A stretch of DNA of 32,460 nucleotides from Catajapyx aquilonaris (taxonomy: Eukaryota), in NCBI GenBank assembly GCA_000934665.2, contig KZ539132.1, positions 1-32,460 on the forward strand, given 5' to 3'. Of this stretch, positions 8,435 through 20,060 are shown piece after piece; the first letter of the stretch is position 1, and the number at the start of each line of letters is the position of its first letter. The notes under the pieces were generated by a model that had not been told where the DNA came from, did not search any database, and saw only the letters and a program-made list of their open reading frames with translations. A program made the translations under genes and the position numbers.

Positions 8435-11400
8435 CTGCAATGAGAGAGAGAAAAAAAAACCCAGATCTTGAATTACAACGGTCATACTGCACTGGCGCTA
8501 ATTCCTCTGCTCATAAGTTCGTGTTATTTGAGCTCTTTTTTCCCCCCATATAATCCGAAAAAAACAGAGGTCGGTACAGGAGTGAACAATGCAAACAGTG
8601 GGTCGACGGCGAGCTACAGGCAATAAATCCTCCTTAACTTGATATCACAGCGTGACGAATGAAATATAGGCGACCTCAAATTTCCAGCACAGCAGGGGAA
8701 AAGTTGCACGTGTGACACTCACCTGGCTCCGGAACTCTTTATGTTTTTATGCATTTTTCGCCCTCTCCCGGGGAATCGTTTTGTTCAGCACGACAGGACT
8801 TGCTCATACACAAATCACACTATACATTCGTACAAACGACAACGCGACACACGCCAACTCTCAACGTTACATCGGCGTCTAATTCATCAGATGCAAGTAA
8901 CTACTAATCGAGTGAGGCTCGGACCAACTTATCTCGACTGGTAACGTACGATAGAAGAAAATATATATAAAAAATATCTAGAGTAATCAGAAAGTCGGGA
9001 CTAATAGTTGCACGCAAGTTTCGGATGAGCTGGTTATAGCCTATTCTAGCGTGCTCCGGTACACAATATACGCAGTAGTAAAACTGGATATGTGCAGCCG
9101 TAAACCCGAAATTTGTTGGGCCATAAAATAACTTACTTGACAACCCGTCACACTTTTTGTCACACCCGCATTTCTTACGAGGATGAAGTTTTGCCTCGAG
9201 CTGATTACCACAGGATAAGACCTCTATGAATAAACGCCTGTTCCCAATGGCCAACGCAGCTTTTTTTGGGTGCAAAATCGAGCTGTAGCAGCGGTCGGGA
9301 AAAAGCTGCGACAGCGAAAGGGGAGGAGCTTCCGGCTCCTCCCGACCAATCAGATCGTGGTCACGTGATTAGTTCAAATTCGTCAACGAGTGGGAGCTGT
9401 CACAGCGTGATTTTGCTTTAAAAAGCTGTTTGGTAGATGCCACTGTCCAGTGTCAAAGACCGTTTAAAAAAGTGGCAAACAAGCCTGGTCCTGGTATACT
9501 TTTCTATACGTTGTCCTTCCTATAGTGAAGATTGCATTAGAGCTGTTGGATTTCCCCCGACGCGCGACGGCTTCATTCCTTTTTCCGAGGCCAGCGTTGC
9601 TGCTGCATCCTGCAGATGAAACTAATTCCATCACGATGGCCCCTTCTAGCGGCCACTGGAAATTTCCAACGGTGCTGCTGCCGGAGAGCAGAAAATTCCC
9701 ACAAGAAGCGTCCGGATCAACACCACGGTCACGCGCCTTCATCACTGCATCCAACGTACTCACTGCTTCTCTTTTAAAGGTCTGTCTTACCCAGGTTCTC
9801 ATCCCACCCACACCCCCCCACCAACCATTTTCTTAATAAAACAAGATTGCTGGTGTCCGCTTCTTCGCAACAGAACACGTGCGGCTAACCCCCCCAGATG
9901 TTGCAGTTCTCTAGGATTTTTTTTTTTGTTGAGACATTTTTTTGGTGGGGTTGTCCCAGATAGGACACTATGAAGTCGCTAGGCCAGAAGGGGTTATATT
10001 ACTTGAGCCATCTGTGGTGCAGACTCGGACTCGAGGGAGTTCGTATATTCTTTACAGGGTTTTCCTGCAGTGCAGTTGCAAGGTTCGTCGTTTGTCTGTG
10101 GTTGGGGGACGGCAAGAACCTGCGCAGTGTCCATTCATCAACCAGCTCGTCCCTAAAGAAGAGCAAAGTCCGTCTCTCCTACACCCACCTCCAGAGGGGG
10201 GCAGCTGCATTGACGAATCTGCTAGGCAGTTTGTCCCTGGAAGGACTTTGATTTATAGGTCCATCGCGTCAGGACGGATCCTTTTTATTGAAGTCTCCGC
10301 AGGGGAAAGACTTCCGAAAGGCATCTACGAAGCTGGGATGGACGGCCATATGGATGGGATGGCAAACGGTGCCATGGCAATTTTCGACTCCTCGGTCCAA
10401 CTACCTTCCCAGTTCCACTTTATACCTGCCCGCTATTACCCAGAGGCCATACCACAAGGCATGGCCTGTATTCAAAGCAGAGTTACAGGAATTTCCACCG
10501 TGACATATACTGTACAGGTAGAAAAGTTGGGTGCTAAAGCGATTTTTCCTGCAAAAATATTGCGAATCCAAAGAGTATTATTTTTCGGGGCGGTATAAAC
10601 AATTTTGCAGACATTTTACGACAAAGCGGATCGGCAGTCTTAAAAAAAGTCATTAAGTCGGATTCTAGACCCGAGCACTTGTACAGTGTGTGTCCTTGTG
10701 AGAGGTCTACTTATATATACAAGCGCGTAGTAGGAAGGAATAAATCCCTGATTGCAGTCATTAGCAAATATGAATATGGTCTGGAAAAGCTGGAGGGTGA
10801 AAATATGCAATATTTTAGTGCTTCACGGCCGAAAAAGCATTTCCGCGATGATGGCGGGGCAGGTCGTTAAGCCAGAAGGATGTCATTAGCATGTTCTAAA
10901 AATTGAGTGCCCTCAATCTTCCGTGACGTATATACCGACGGAGCCGTGTGTTCAAGCCCAAATCCTATACGTGATGGTGCGACTATCGATAGACGCAGGC
11001 TATATGCACACACTTTTATCGTCCGAACCGCAAGTTTTGCAGCCGATGCTTGATCAGTGCTGCATGCGGCAGACACTTCTATTTGGTCGCGTATCAGGCA
11101 ACGAAAATTAGAAACGCAACGCACTGCTGACTGCGAATGGGATTTATCAGTGATGCGAGCACATTAGGAACGGATTTTCGCATAGGAAAAGTTTGATGCC
11201 GCTGCTGCATCTGATTTGTGCTGTCCGGCCAAATGACAACGGCGAATATGCTCCGTCGATAATGTTATCAAAATATCGTCTGCTGAATACGTAATTAGCT
11301 TTAATTAATCGCGGGGTATGAAATCGCTAGCAACAAGCTAGGTTTTCGCAATCCTCTCGAGCAATGCACGTGATTTACTAGGCTCCACAATTGATGCGAT

Positions 11401-14005
11401 GGATTATAAATTTATATTACCCCAGCCCCAATGATTGCTACAGTGTGCATAATGGGGGGCTTGTTGCTGCATGCTGCTACTGCTGGCTTCCAAAGGACGA
11501 CATGGAAAATTGTCAGTGCGACAGTGACGTACAAACCGGCCATACCTGTACACTTTGCTTGTAATTAACAAATCTAATTGGTTCCGCTTCAGCGGTACAA
11601 AGTCCCCGGGAGGTGGTGCAGCATACATCAAACATGATGCACGGCAACAGTGCTAGCTTTTGGGTAAGAGGACCCCTGGAATTGCAAAGTGCACAGCAGG
11701 TGAACTAGACACGGTACTGAAGCCAAGTCCGGAGAGAAAGGTCGATAAAACCAGAACTAGATCATATACAACGGGCCATCCACCTCGTTACTCCATGTCA
11801 AAGAGAATGGCACTTTGAGGCGGTATACATAAGACGCTTCTTGTCGATGGCCCGTCTCCTTTTTTGCAGTTTATGCCACCCAAAAGAGCACTTCTTACCC
11901 TATACTATGGATCCCCAACGAAGCTCTTTTGAATATAATGCCTTGCTTCTGAATATCGTCGCACGTATACAGGGCAAGATGCGAGCTCGTTTGCGTAACA
12001 GTAACGTCAAATAATCAGTAACTTACAAGAGGTTGCTAAAGGCACTGCTTTGTAACCCTGCAACATTAGTTTTGATATACTGTACGTTTGAAAAGCCCCA
12101 CAGGTGCGCCTTTAAAGAAAAAATTCCTAGTTTTTTTGGGGTGGAAAAAGCATGAGAAAAAGGGAAAAGGAAATTGTTTCCAGTCCTTGAAGCAGCATTA
12201 GCATTGATGAGCACTACTTGGCCGTAATTCTATATTGCTTTCCGGGGTCTAAGATTTTAATCAGAGGAGTGGTGGGAAAGGGGAAGCGCAATAACGTGCA
12301 TTCCAACGAGGCTCCGGTGCCGAATGCCAGTCGAGAAAAGAGACGGGGGCTGTACAGTTCTCCGTCTATAGCAACCAGTTCAGGTCATCAGGAAAAGACT
12401 TGGGAGATTTGCCTGAATCCCACTTCCCAGCCAATCTAACCGCCAACGAGAAAGAGCCTGAACCACACTTTTTTGCGGTTAACCAAGCCCATAATATTGT
12501 CACAAAACATCAAAAGTCCTGCAAAGTCGCAATATAAACACAGCGAAAATATGTTTGTCCACGTGTTGGAATTACACTAATTATGGTGCACACTGGGTGC
12601 AAATCCACATCAAAACAACACGGACGCTTATTTTCATAAGCTTTGTGGTAAATGCACCGTACTGAAGGCCATATTGTCCAGTCTATACATATCAAACGTA
12701 CGTGTGTATGCCCTCACAGTTTGATTGTCTAAAAATGCATTTAGGCAACAACTCATTAAAAATACCGAAAATGAGATTGAAATTTTAATAATCAGGAACA
12801 AAAAAATGACATCAATTTTTCAGCAACTTATGTACTTGCATAATTTAATGCCAGGAAAAATTGCTCCCTCAGCAGTTTATGCACAGAGACCCAAGGCAAA
12901 AATCGCGTTAGTTGCATGGCGGAGCAAAGTGAGTGATTGCACTACCACTTCATCTGATAGGAGACAAATGAGGTTGCCGGTAACAAAGGCTGGATTAATA
13001 ACACGTTTCAGGTGACTCCAAAAAGTGCCTTTTGCCACGCTTCTCTCCTAAACGTCAGCCTAATTTTGCAAATAATCAGAATTATGTCCCCGGCTTACTG
13101 GCGCCAGAGAACTATTAGCGACCCTGATAGACGGCCCTGACGTGTGAGGCTCATGCGGAGAAAAGAACCGCAAAAAATATAATATAGAGCTAGTCTGCAT
13201 GCAGAACCCCCCAACCAACCTGAGAAGACCTTATGGATGGAATATGCGCCGCAAACAGCTGACGCAGATAGAAGAATCGGATAAAAAGCAGCAATTTTTC
13301 TTTTCTCCCTTACCCCAGACTACTGCTCACTTATTTTATCTCACCTCCTCCGCAATGAAATATTGCCTCTGCCCATTAGATAAGCCCGCAGTGCCTCAAA
13401 GATTCTAAATGAGTATTATAATTACTTTAAGGCTGTCGTGCCAGAATTAAAACCTGATAAAGTCAAGGCGTGAATCCCCGTCTGGAGGCACCATCCGAAT
13501 TTCAATATTATGCACCTTGAAAATATGCACTGGTAAGCAGGTTAGGTGAGAACAGTTAGCACCTGACTCTTCCCAGTTTCCATCCAAAGATGAAAGACCT
13601 CACATGTACACACTGGTATTGTACGCGTCAGGTGGAATGGAATCTCAATTACGCAGCTGCAGCAGCACACACGTTTTGCAGGCGACCTGCATCAGCATTT
13701 GAAAAATGCCGAGCGGGCAAAAGTGTTCCTAATGAAAGCCGGGGGACTTTGTGTCGTTACAATGTGGGCGGAAAATATTGCAGGCTACCCTCTCTAAATG
13801 GAAGCTTTGGGTGCGCACGTCTGCGTGTTGGCCCGCCACAAGAGTCGGAGCGATCCGGTTCAAAGGCAAAATCTATGCGATATACATTACTACAATTTTT
13901 GGGGGGTACAGAGCGTGTGCATAAACGGCTTCAACATTACACACTCGTAAGGAAAACGTACTGCCATCAACTCTGAAGGTTCAAATTGAGTTCAGTGATC
14001 GGTTC

Positions 14006-14030
14006 AAAAAAAAAAACACACACACACACA
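14006..14030. repeat. A11 run followed by (CA)7 microsatellite
   Basis: Read directly from the sequence. Confidence 0.9.
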
Positions 14031-14857
14031 TTCGGTCCATCCATAAAATTTGGTCCCATCAGTTACTGAATTTTTTTTCCCCCGCGCAATTTCCTCGTGG
14101 GAATACCACAATAAAGAACTTGGATGTTCAGCACTTCACTTCCTACATGGGAAACAAGGCAAGTACTGTACCGGACCTGTTCGAACCATTTTTGAAATCC
14201 TGTGAGACCTTCAAAACATTCGGGTAGGTACTCCCCCTTCAAGCCTAAATGCATGGACATTTATATTGACTCGGGCGGACTGTCCCATAAAAGAGGACAA
14301 GGCAGAAGAGTCCACTAGCTCTTGCAGTATATGGTAAAACCATGCATATTTGGACACTACAGGGTTATACAACGCACATACAGCAATTATTGTCAATTAA
14401 GTACCTTTCCAGCACATTCTCTCAGCTCACTCCTAGTTTTGGCACAGTACATTCGCATTTGATGTTATACCATCCTGTTCCCGGCATAAATATCTTGCAA
14501 GTAATAAACTCTTTTAACAAACTCCGCAAGATAACTCCTAATTATAGCCCGTAATTTTCGGCACCGATCCGGCGCATTATATACCGTGCTTGAGACCTCA
14601 TTAGGTTGAATTAAAAGTTATGAAAGTCGCCTGATTGCGCCCGTACGCAGCGACTAATCACCCTTGTCAAAGAGCTTTTAATGATCAAAAGTGGCAATAT
14701 CCATTACCGGACCAGATGACTATTACCCAGTTTCAAAATCCCCCAGTCCGTCGCACCCCCCCTCAAATAGCCCCCAAAGTTCATTCATTATCTTCAGTCA
14801 AACGAAGAATGGCATGAACCTGGCACAACACAAAGCGCCGTGCAAAACCGCTTCCTA

Positions 14858-14908
14858 GTAAAATATTACGGCGCTACGTGCCTCGTATTTTAGCGCCGTA
14901 CATTTTAC
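14858..14908. repeat. Imperfect inverted repeat (19/18-nt arms, 14-nt loop)
   Basis: GTAAAATATTACGGCGCTA (14858-14876) versus TAGCGCCGTACATTTTAC (14891-14908), with a perfect 10-bp core TACGGCGCTA/TAGCGCCGTA. Confidence 0.8.
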
Positions 14909-17900
14909 ACCTGAAAGGGCCTCCAACACTTTCTCGCACGGCAAGCAACATTTCGCGGACCTATTAACGAGATAAGGCCACTTGGCAATAAAAGGGATAA
15001 TATAACACATCTATATGACTGCAGTCGACATTAAACACGTCGACTTAAGTGTGCGGCATTAGGGCTCCAAAATGGGGGGGACCTCTCGCCCATATTCCTG
15101 AAGCTCCCTGAATGCGACAGAAAAAGCATCGCACGTACAATTTAGCTACACTGCTTTTTTCCCCCTCTCTTAGACTCTCTCTTTCCAAGAAGTCGATCCC
15201 CGAAATTCGACGTTTCCCAGTTTCCGATTCCCAACTTCTAGGATCTAGGCTAAATTAGTCTGGCTTGAAATTGAGAACGTCTCGGATGAGTGATTTATTA
15301 CTAGGGATTCATCACGGTTCTGGTGCAATTGGAAATGGAACTCTTCTCTACCTCATATATATTTAAAAAAAGAGAAACAAGTTAGATACTTGTCTTAGTT
15401 ACTCCCAAGCGCCTGATAACTCGCGAGGTTCCCATGACAGAGACGTCATACTACAGCAGCCGCTGGATTAGGAGAGATAAAGTAGCGGCCGTGATTTAGC
15501 AAACATAAAAGGAAAACCAGTTTCGTGCCACGCCACAACGTCCCCATGTAGCCTGCTTCTCCCGGCGGCGGAATTAAGACGGCCACAAAAGCAAAGCCAA
15601 TTTTCCATTCCAAAGAGGGAGACCCAGGACTGGATTCTCGAAGCCACTCCTCTCATTCGATTCAATTATTCAAAGAGTCACAGCTTTATCAAGAGGAGGT
15701 TGGGAGACGAAGGATAATAGCCTGGTGCTAAATCGCAGTCTCTGGAGAAGAACCACCCCTTCCATAGCATCTCTCCAGTGCCTTATCACTGTGATTGACA
15801 ATTACTTGGCAGTAATTCAGAACCGGCATGCTAAACACGGTGCTCGTAAACGTATAGCTTTGAGGCCAATCAGATTTAAAGCCAAGGTTGGAAAGTGGCG
15901 GCGTACACACCTAAGAGGCTAATTATCCTGAATATTCAGGGCAACCCGCACAGCATACGGGTTGCCTGCTCTCAGGATAGTGTTTTGATTTTTATTTTTT
16001 AGAGAACCTACTCTCTTCGCTGGCTCTATTTTTCGAGCCAGTTTGAGCAGTTCTGTTGATGTCTCCCTTGATGATGGATACATGTTGTTGTTGCGCATGA
16101 TTTGTTTGCACAGCTTGCGGGCGTTGATGAAGAACCGGGTTAATGGCTCTCCCTTTTGTCCGAGAGGGGCTCCTTCTCCAAGCACCCTCTTCACTAATTT
16201 ACCTCTTCCCCGTAGCGAAGAGAATAAACCGGGGACCAATTCAGGCGAAAACTTCCATCCCACCCTTCGCCATCACACGCCACCAACCCTTCTTCAGATA
16301 AATGAACCGAGGGGGTGAAGAAAAATAAGTTTGGAGGCGTGTGCTTAGCAGGCAACCGCATGATTGAAAACTGCCTGTGCTCCAACAATTGCCCAACAGC
16401 CTCATAGAAAAAAATCTGGCGATATTTGTACATCCGGCACAGAAAGTCCTAGGCATCTCCACGTTATTAGCCAACACAATTAATTCTCGATCCAGGGAGC
16501 TCATTAGGGGACATGGCCGGTCCCAGCGTCAACGTTGGCTTCAAATGTGTTTGCGGAAAGAGTGTAACTGCAAATCCTCCCCCAGCCGGACGCGGCCCCC
16601 TAATTACTCCTGCATAAGGAGACAGGGATGAGGGCGACAAACTGTTGATGGCCTACAACACCGGACTTAATCGCCGGTATAAACATGGCCGAGGTAGGGG
16701 AGTGTGCGTATGTGTATTTTGGGGGGGGTTGAAGGGGAGACTAGCGCAGTGCCATTATGCATGGTAACTTTTGCTAAGTTGACTTGGCAAATCCAACTAT
16801 ATACGTATATAAGCAATCACTAGAAGGAATCCTAAATATATTCTGGGTAGTTAGACTTTTAAAAAGTGCGGTTTTCGGACTTTTCTCTGAATCATATAGG
16901 CACGTAAGCCATGTGCGTCTGAAAGTGGGTTAGGTAGTCCGGACAAACATACCAACAAACTTTCCCGTTTGTAAAGATATCAATTATACAGCGATTCTAA
17001 TTCCATCAATATTAATAAGAAAAAAACCCTACAATGGTGCAATCTCGTAAAGTTCAGGCCAATCTTAACTCGGCAGACTAAGACAAGGCGGATAGGCCAA
17101 TGATCATTTTACATGGCCGTACGAGCTTTTTGCACGCCAATTCATGGGTGAACGAACGTGACCGTACCGTACATAGATTTTGGAAGTAAAGTAGGTTGGA
17201 TATTCCGATCGAATCAAGTTTTAACAGTCGACGCACAGGCAAATTCGGCAAGGAGTCCCTGCACGTCTTCCACCGACTTGCAATGCTCTCCCGAAGTTTC
17301 TTGGCGAAAGAGAAATAATTCTACATATATTTTTTGTTACCTACCAAATAGAACGGAAATGACGCGAACCGTATTTGCAGCAAGATTTCATCATAGAAAA
17401 CGCTGTATAGTGGCCATCGGATATGCTATACACAACGCAAACAACAAGAATCGCAATCCATAATAATGTGAAGCACTTGAGCAAATCTGCTCTCACCCAG
17501 TACATCCTTTGCAAATACTTGCCAATTTGGAGCAGGTCGCTCGGGTCAATATCACCTTGCGCATACAAACAGCCCGGAAGTATGGTAGTGACAAAAGAGC
17601 AAATCGGGACTTGTAGCAGAACCGTATATAGGGTTTGTAGCTGGCATCCCCAGACGGATGCTGGAACTTTCCGAGGGCACTGCTCTCGCTCGAATTGATC
17701 GGGAACCTACTAGCTCAACAGGCTGATAGTGCTTTAAAAGCTATACACGAAACCTAGCTTTTGCTGGAACAACACTCTGCCGCAGGTACCGTACGTGGGG
17801 CAATGCTGTAACTACTTTTTTTTTTTTAAACCCTCCCTATATATATACCCTCCCTCCAACCAATTCCATGCCCCCACCACCTCACTTGGAACAACACAAA

Positions 17901-19950
17901 CAGGTTTCAAACAGTTGGAAAACTGGGCTGACCTCGTTAAACAAATTCGGGTTTGTTCGCTACTGATTTGCCGATCATACCAGCTCGTGGAACGATAGTT
18001 ACCCATTACATTCAGTTAAAAAAAAATGAACAATGTAATATGTGGAGTGTACAGGGTTGGACGGTTCGTGCGCAGTATAGTGTGTTATATCTCCATTTTT
18101 CCAGGGACTTCTAGGGGGAATGGGCAAACAAAAGGTTTGCATATTTTTTTGAGCGTGTTTGGCCCCATGTCGCTTGATCTCAGTTTTCACATTGCAATGG
18201 AAAGCAGTTCGGCAATGCTGATAATCGCGTGACCGCATATAGGCGCACACGCTGAGTTATGTTTACCTTACACTACGGCGCAGGTCATTATGACTAAAAT
18301 TGTCTAGGGAATAGGGCCCGGCAGGCTTCGTTTTATTGCTGATTATGATAGTAAACGAACAAGGGAAATTCGTGGAGTGCATTTTCGACCAAGTTGCCCA
18401 CAAAACATTTTGCATGTCCGCTGTTGAGGGACCACGCAGTGGACACGCGGCACATTTATTTAATTTCTCTGCTGGGAAATGGCCTCTAAGTGGAAATAGC
18501 CAGAAAACAAAGTATGAACAGGTAGTGCACTAACAAGTAAGTATGTAAGTCTGGATTATACATAAGAATTTACCAGTTCTTTATATTTTTTTGTGAAAAG
18601 GCTGTGAAATAAGCAATGTGCGTACCAGGCGAACTGTGCTACGTATTTGTGCTGTCCAAAAAAGTTTTACGGGTAAGCTTCCAGCCAACGCAGCGAGTTG
18701 TTTACGCGTGTTGACACAACGCTTTTTCTAGCTTATTCCTCGCAGAACTTTTCAGCCTGATCATCAAACCACAATGGAAAAATCACAGCGCCAGTGTCAC
18801 ATACAATCCGAAATCGCGGGCAGAAAAATTAATCGCGCCAGGAATAAACCGACTTTAAAACTATGCGAAATAATTAACATCCATTATTCCAATATTAAAA
18901 GAGCCTCTAGCAACACTACAGCGGTGCGGGCTTAGAGATCCGCTGCAGATGACTCTTACAGGAAAATTCGTCGTAATTATAATTTCACGAGTACTGTAGT
19001 CATTACAGATGTACTCGATATCTATCAGCACTCGCAAAGTGATTATTTACCCAAGCAAACAAGTCGCAATAATTGTTGCTCCTATTTTAATTGGTTTCTA
19101 GGGCAAACATTCCACATAACCGCGCCAGACCGCGCTCTTGAACTGAATTTGAATAGAAGTGCCCCACTGTACACACTCTGAGAGGCATAAGCATTGTTCT
19201 CGCAAGCCTGGTTGAACCTCAATATTGATAACATGAAGTAAACTGCGCGTGTACGTCTCGGATCTCCCCTGATGGTGTACTTCCAGATGCAGAAGCAATA
19301 CCAGGCTCTGACATGAAAAATACATTCGCGATATAATATTTACCATATTGCCTCCTCACCCCCTCCAGGCATCGGAAACAGCGCTTGTTTCCTCACCTGA
19401 TTTCCAAAAGCAATATACGTTTCCGCCTGGCTCTTCCTGACGAAATTGCGCAAGCTCCTAACTTATTATTGCAAGAAAAGTGTGCACCACTCCATGGGAA
19501 AGCATCTTCACACTTGGGTACCGGATATCGAAAAGAAACGTCGCAATATCATCGCAGCAGCCAACACAATTTACGAAAAATTTAAACATTTATAAAAGGG
19601 GCGAACATATCCTATAATATTGCCCCGGGGCAGGCCTGTGAGGCGGACACACATTTTGAAGGGAAGCAAGTTTGCCTTCCGCAGTCATGAGCCCCCTGAT
19701 ATTAGCTACAACCCTGCTTATCGTACCCAGCTGATTAAAATATCAGGCAACAGCTTGTGTTTCGATCCTGCTGCTGGCAGCAGCGCCCCGGGTGCAGATG
19801 CCTTGTTAGGAAGTCGTCAGTATTCCTGCACCGTCGGCAGTGCCTGCGGATTTTTTGTGTGAAACAAACCCGGTTTCCCTAGAGTTGTCGTCGGGTTTGC
19901 CATGCAGTCCCCGCAACGAAATACGGTACCGGATCATCAATGTTTCGTAC

Positions 19951-20060
19951 CTTGTTGACTGCGTTGTCCAAAGAGTCGGGATCTCCAATTTGGAAGCAGA
20001 GGAGAAAGACTTTGGCGTCTTGGTATGCCAAAGGCCGCACGGTGTCGTAGGCTTGAGCAC
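19951..20060 (-). CDS. Internal coding exon (110 nt) of an Rnd/RhoE (RND3-like) atypical Rho GTPase: switch II region
   Basis: Minus-strand acceptor CTTCTTCTCCTCTTTGCCAG, phase-1 start, peptide (G)AQAYDTVRPLAYQDAKVFLLCFQIGDPDSLDNAVNK, donor AAG|GTACGA. It matches Rho-family YDxxRPLxY...FLLCF, and YDTVRPL resembles Rnd YDNVRPL more than RhoA YDRLRPL. Confidence 0.9.

Larger units (their letters stand above)
8435..19950 (-). other. 11,516-nt phase-0 GT-AG intron of the Rnd-like gene
   Basis: Bounded by donor GTACGA (19950) and acceptor TTGCAG (8435). The flanking exons are contiguous in the Rho GTPase fold, so no constitutive coding exon is needed between them. Confidence 0.82.

Noticed and set aside
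8051..8485. Full 144-aa ORF, and likewise 19879..20067, as standalone genes
   Set aside because: Only the portions between splice sites resemble Rho GTPases; the rest is translated intron.
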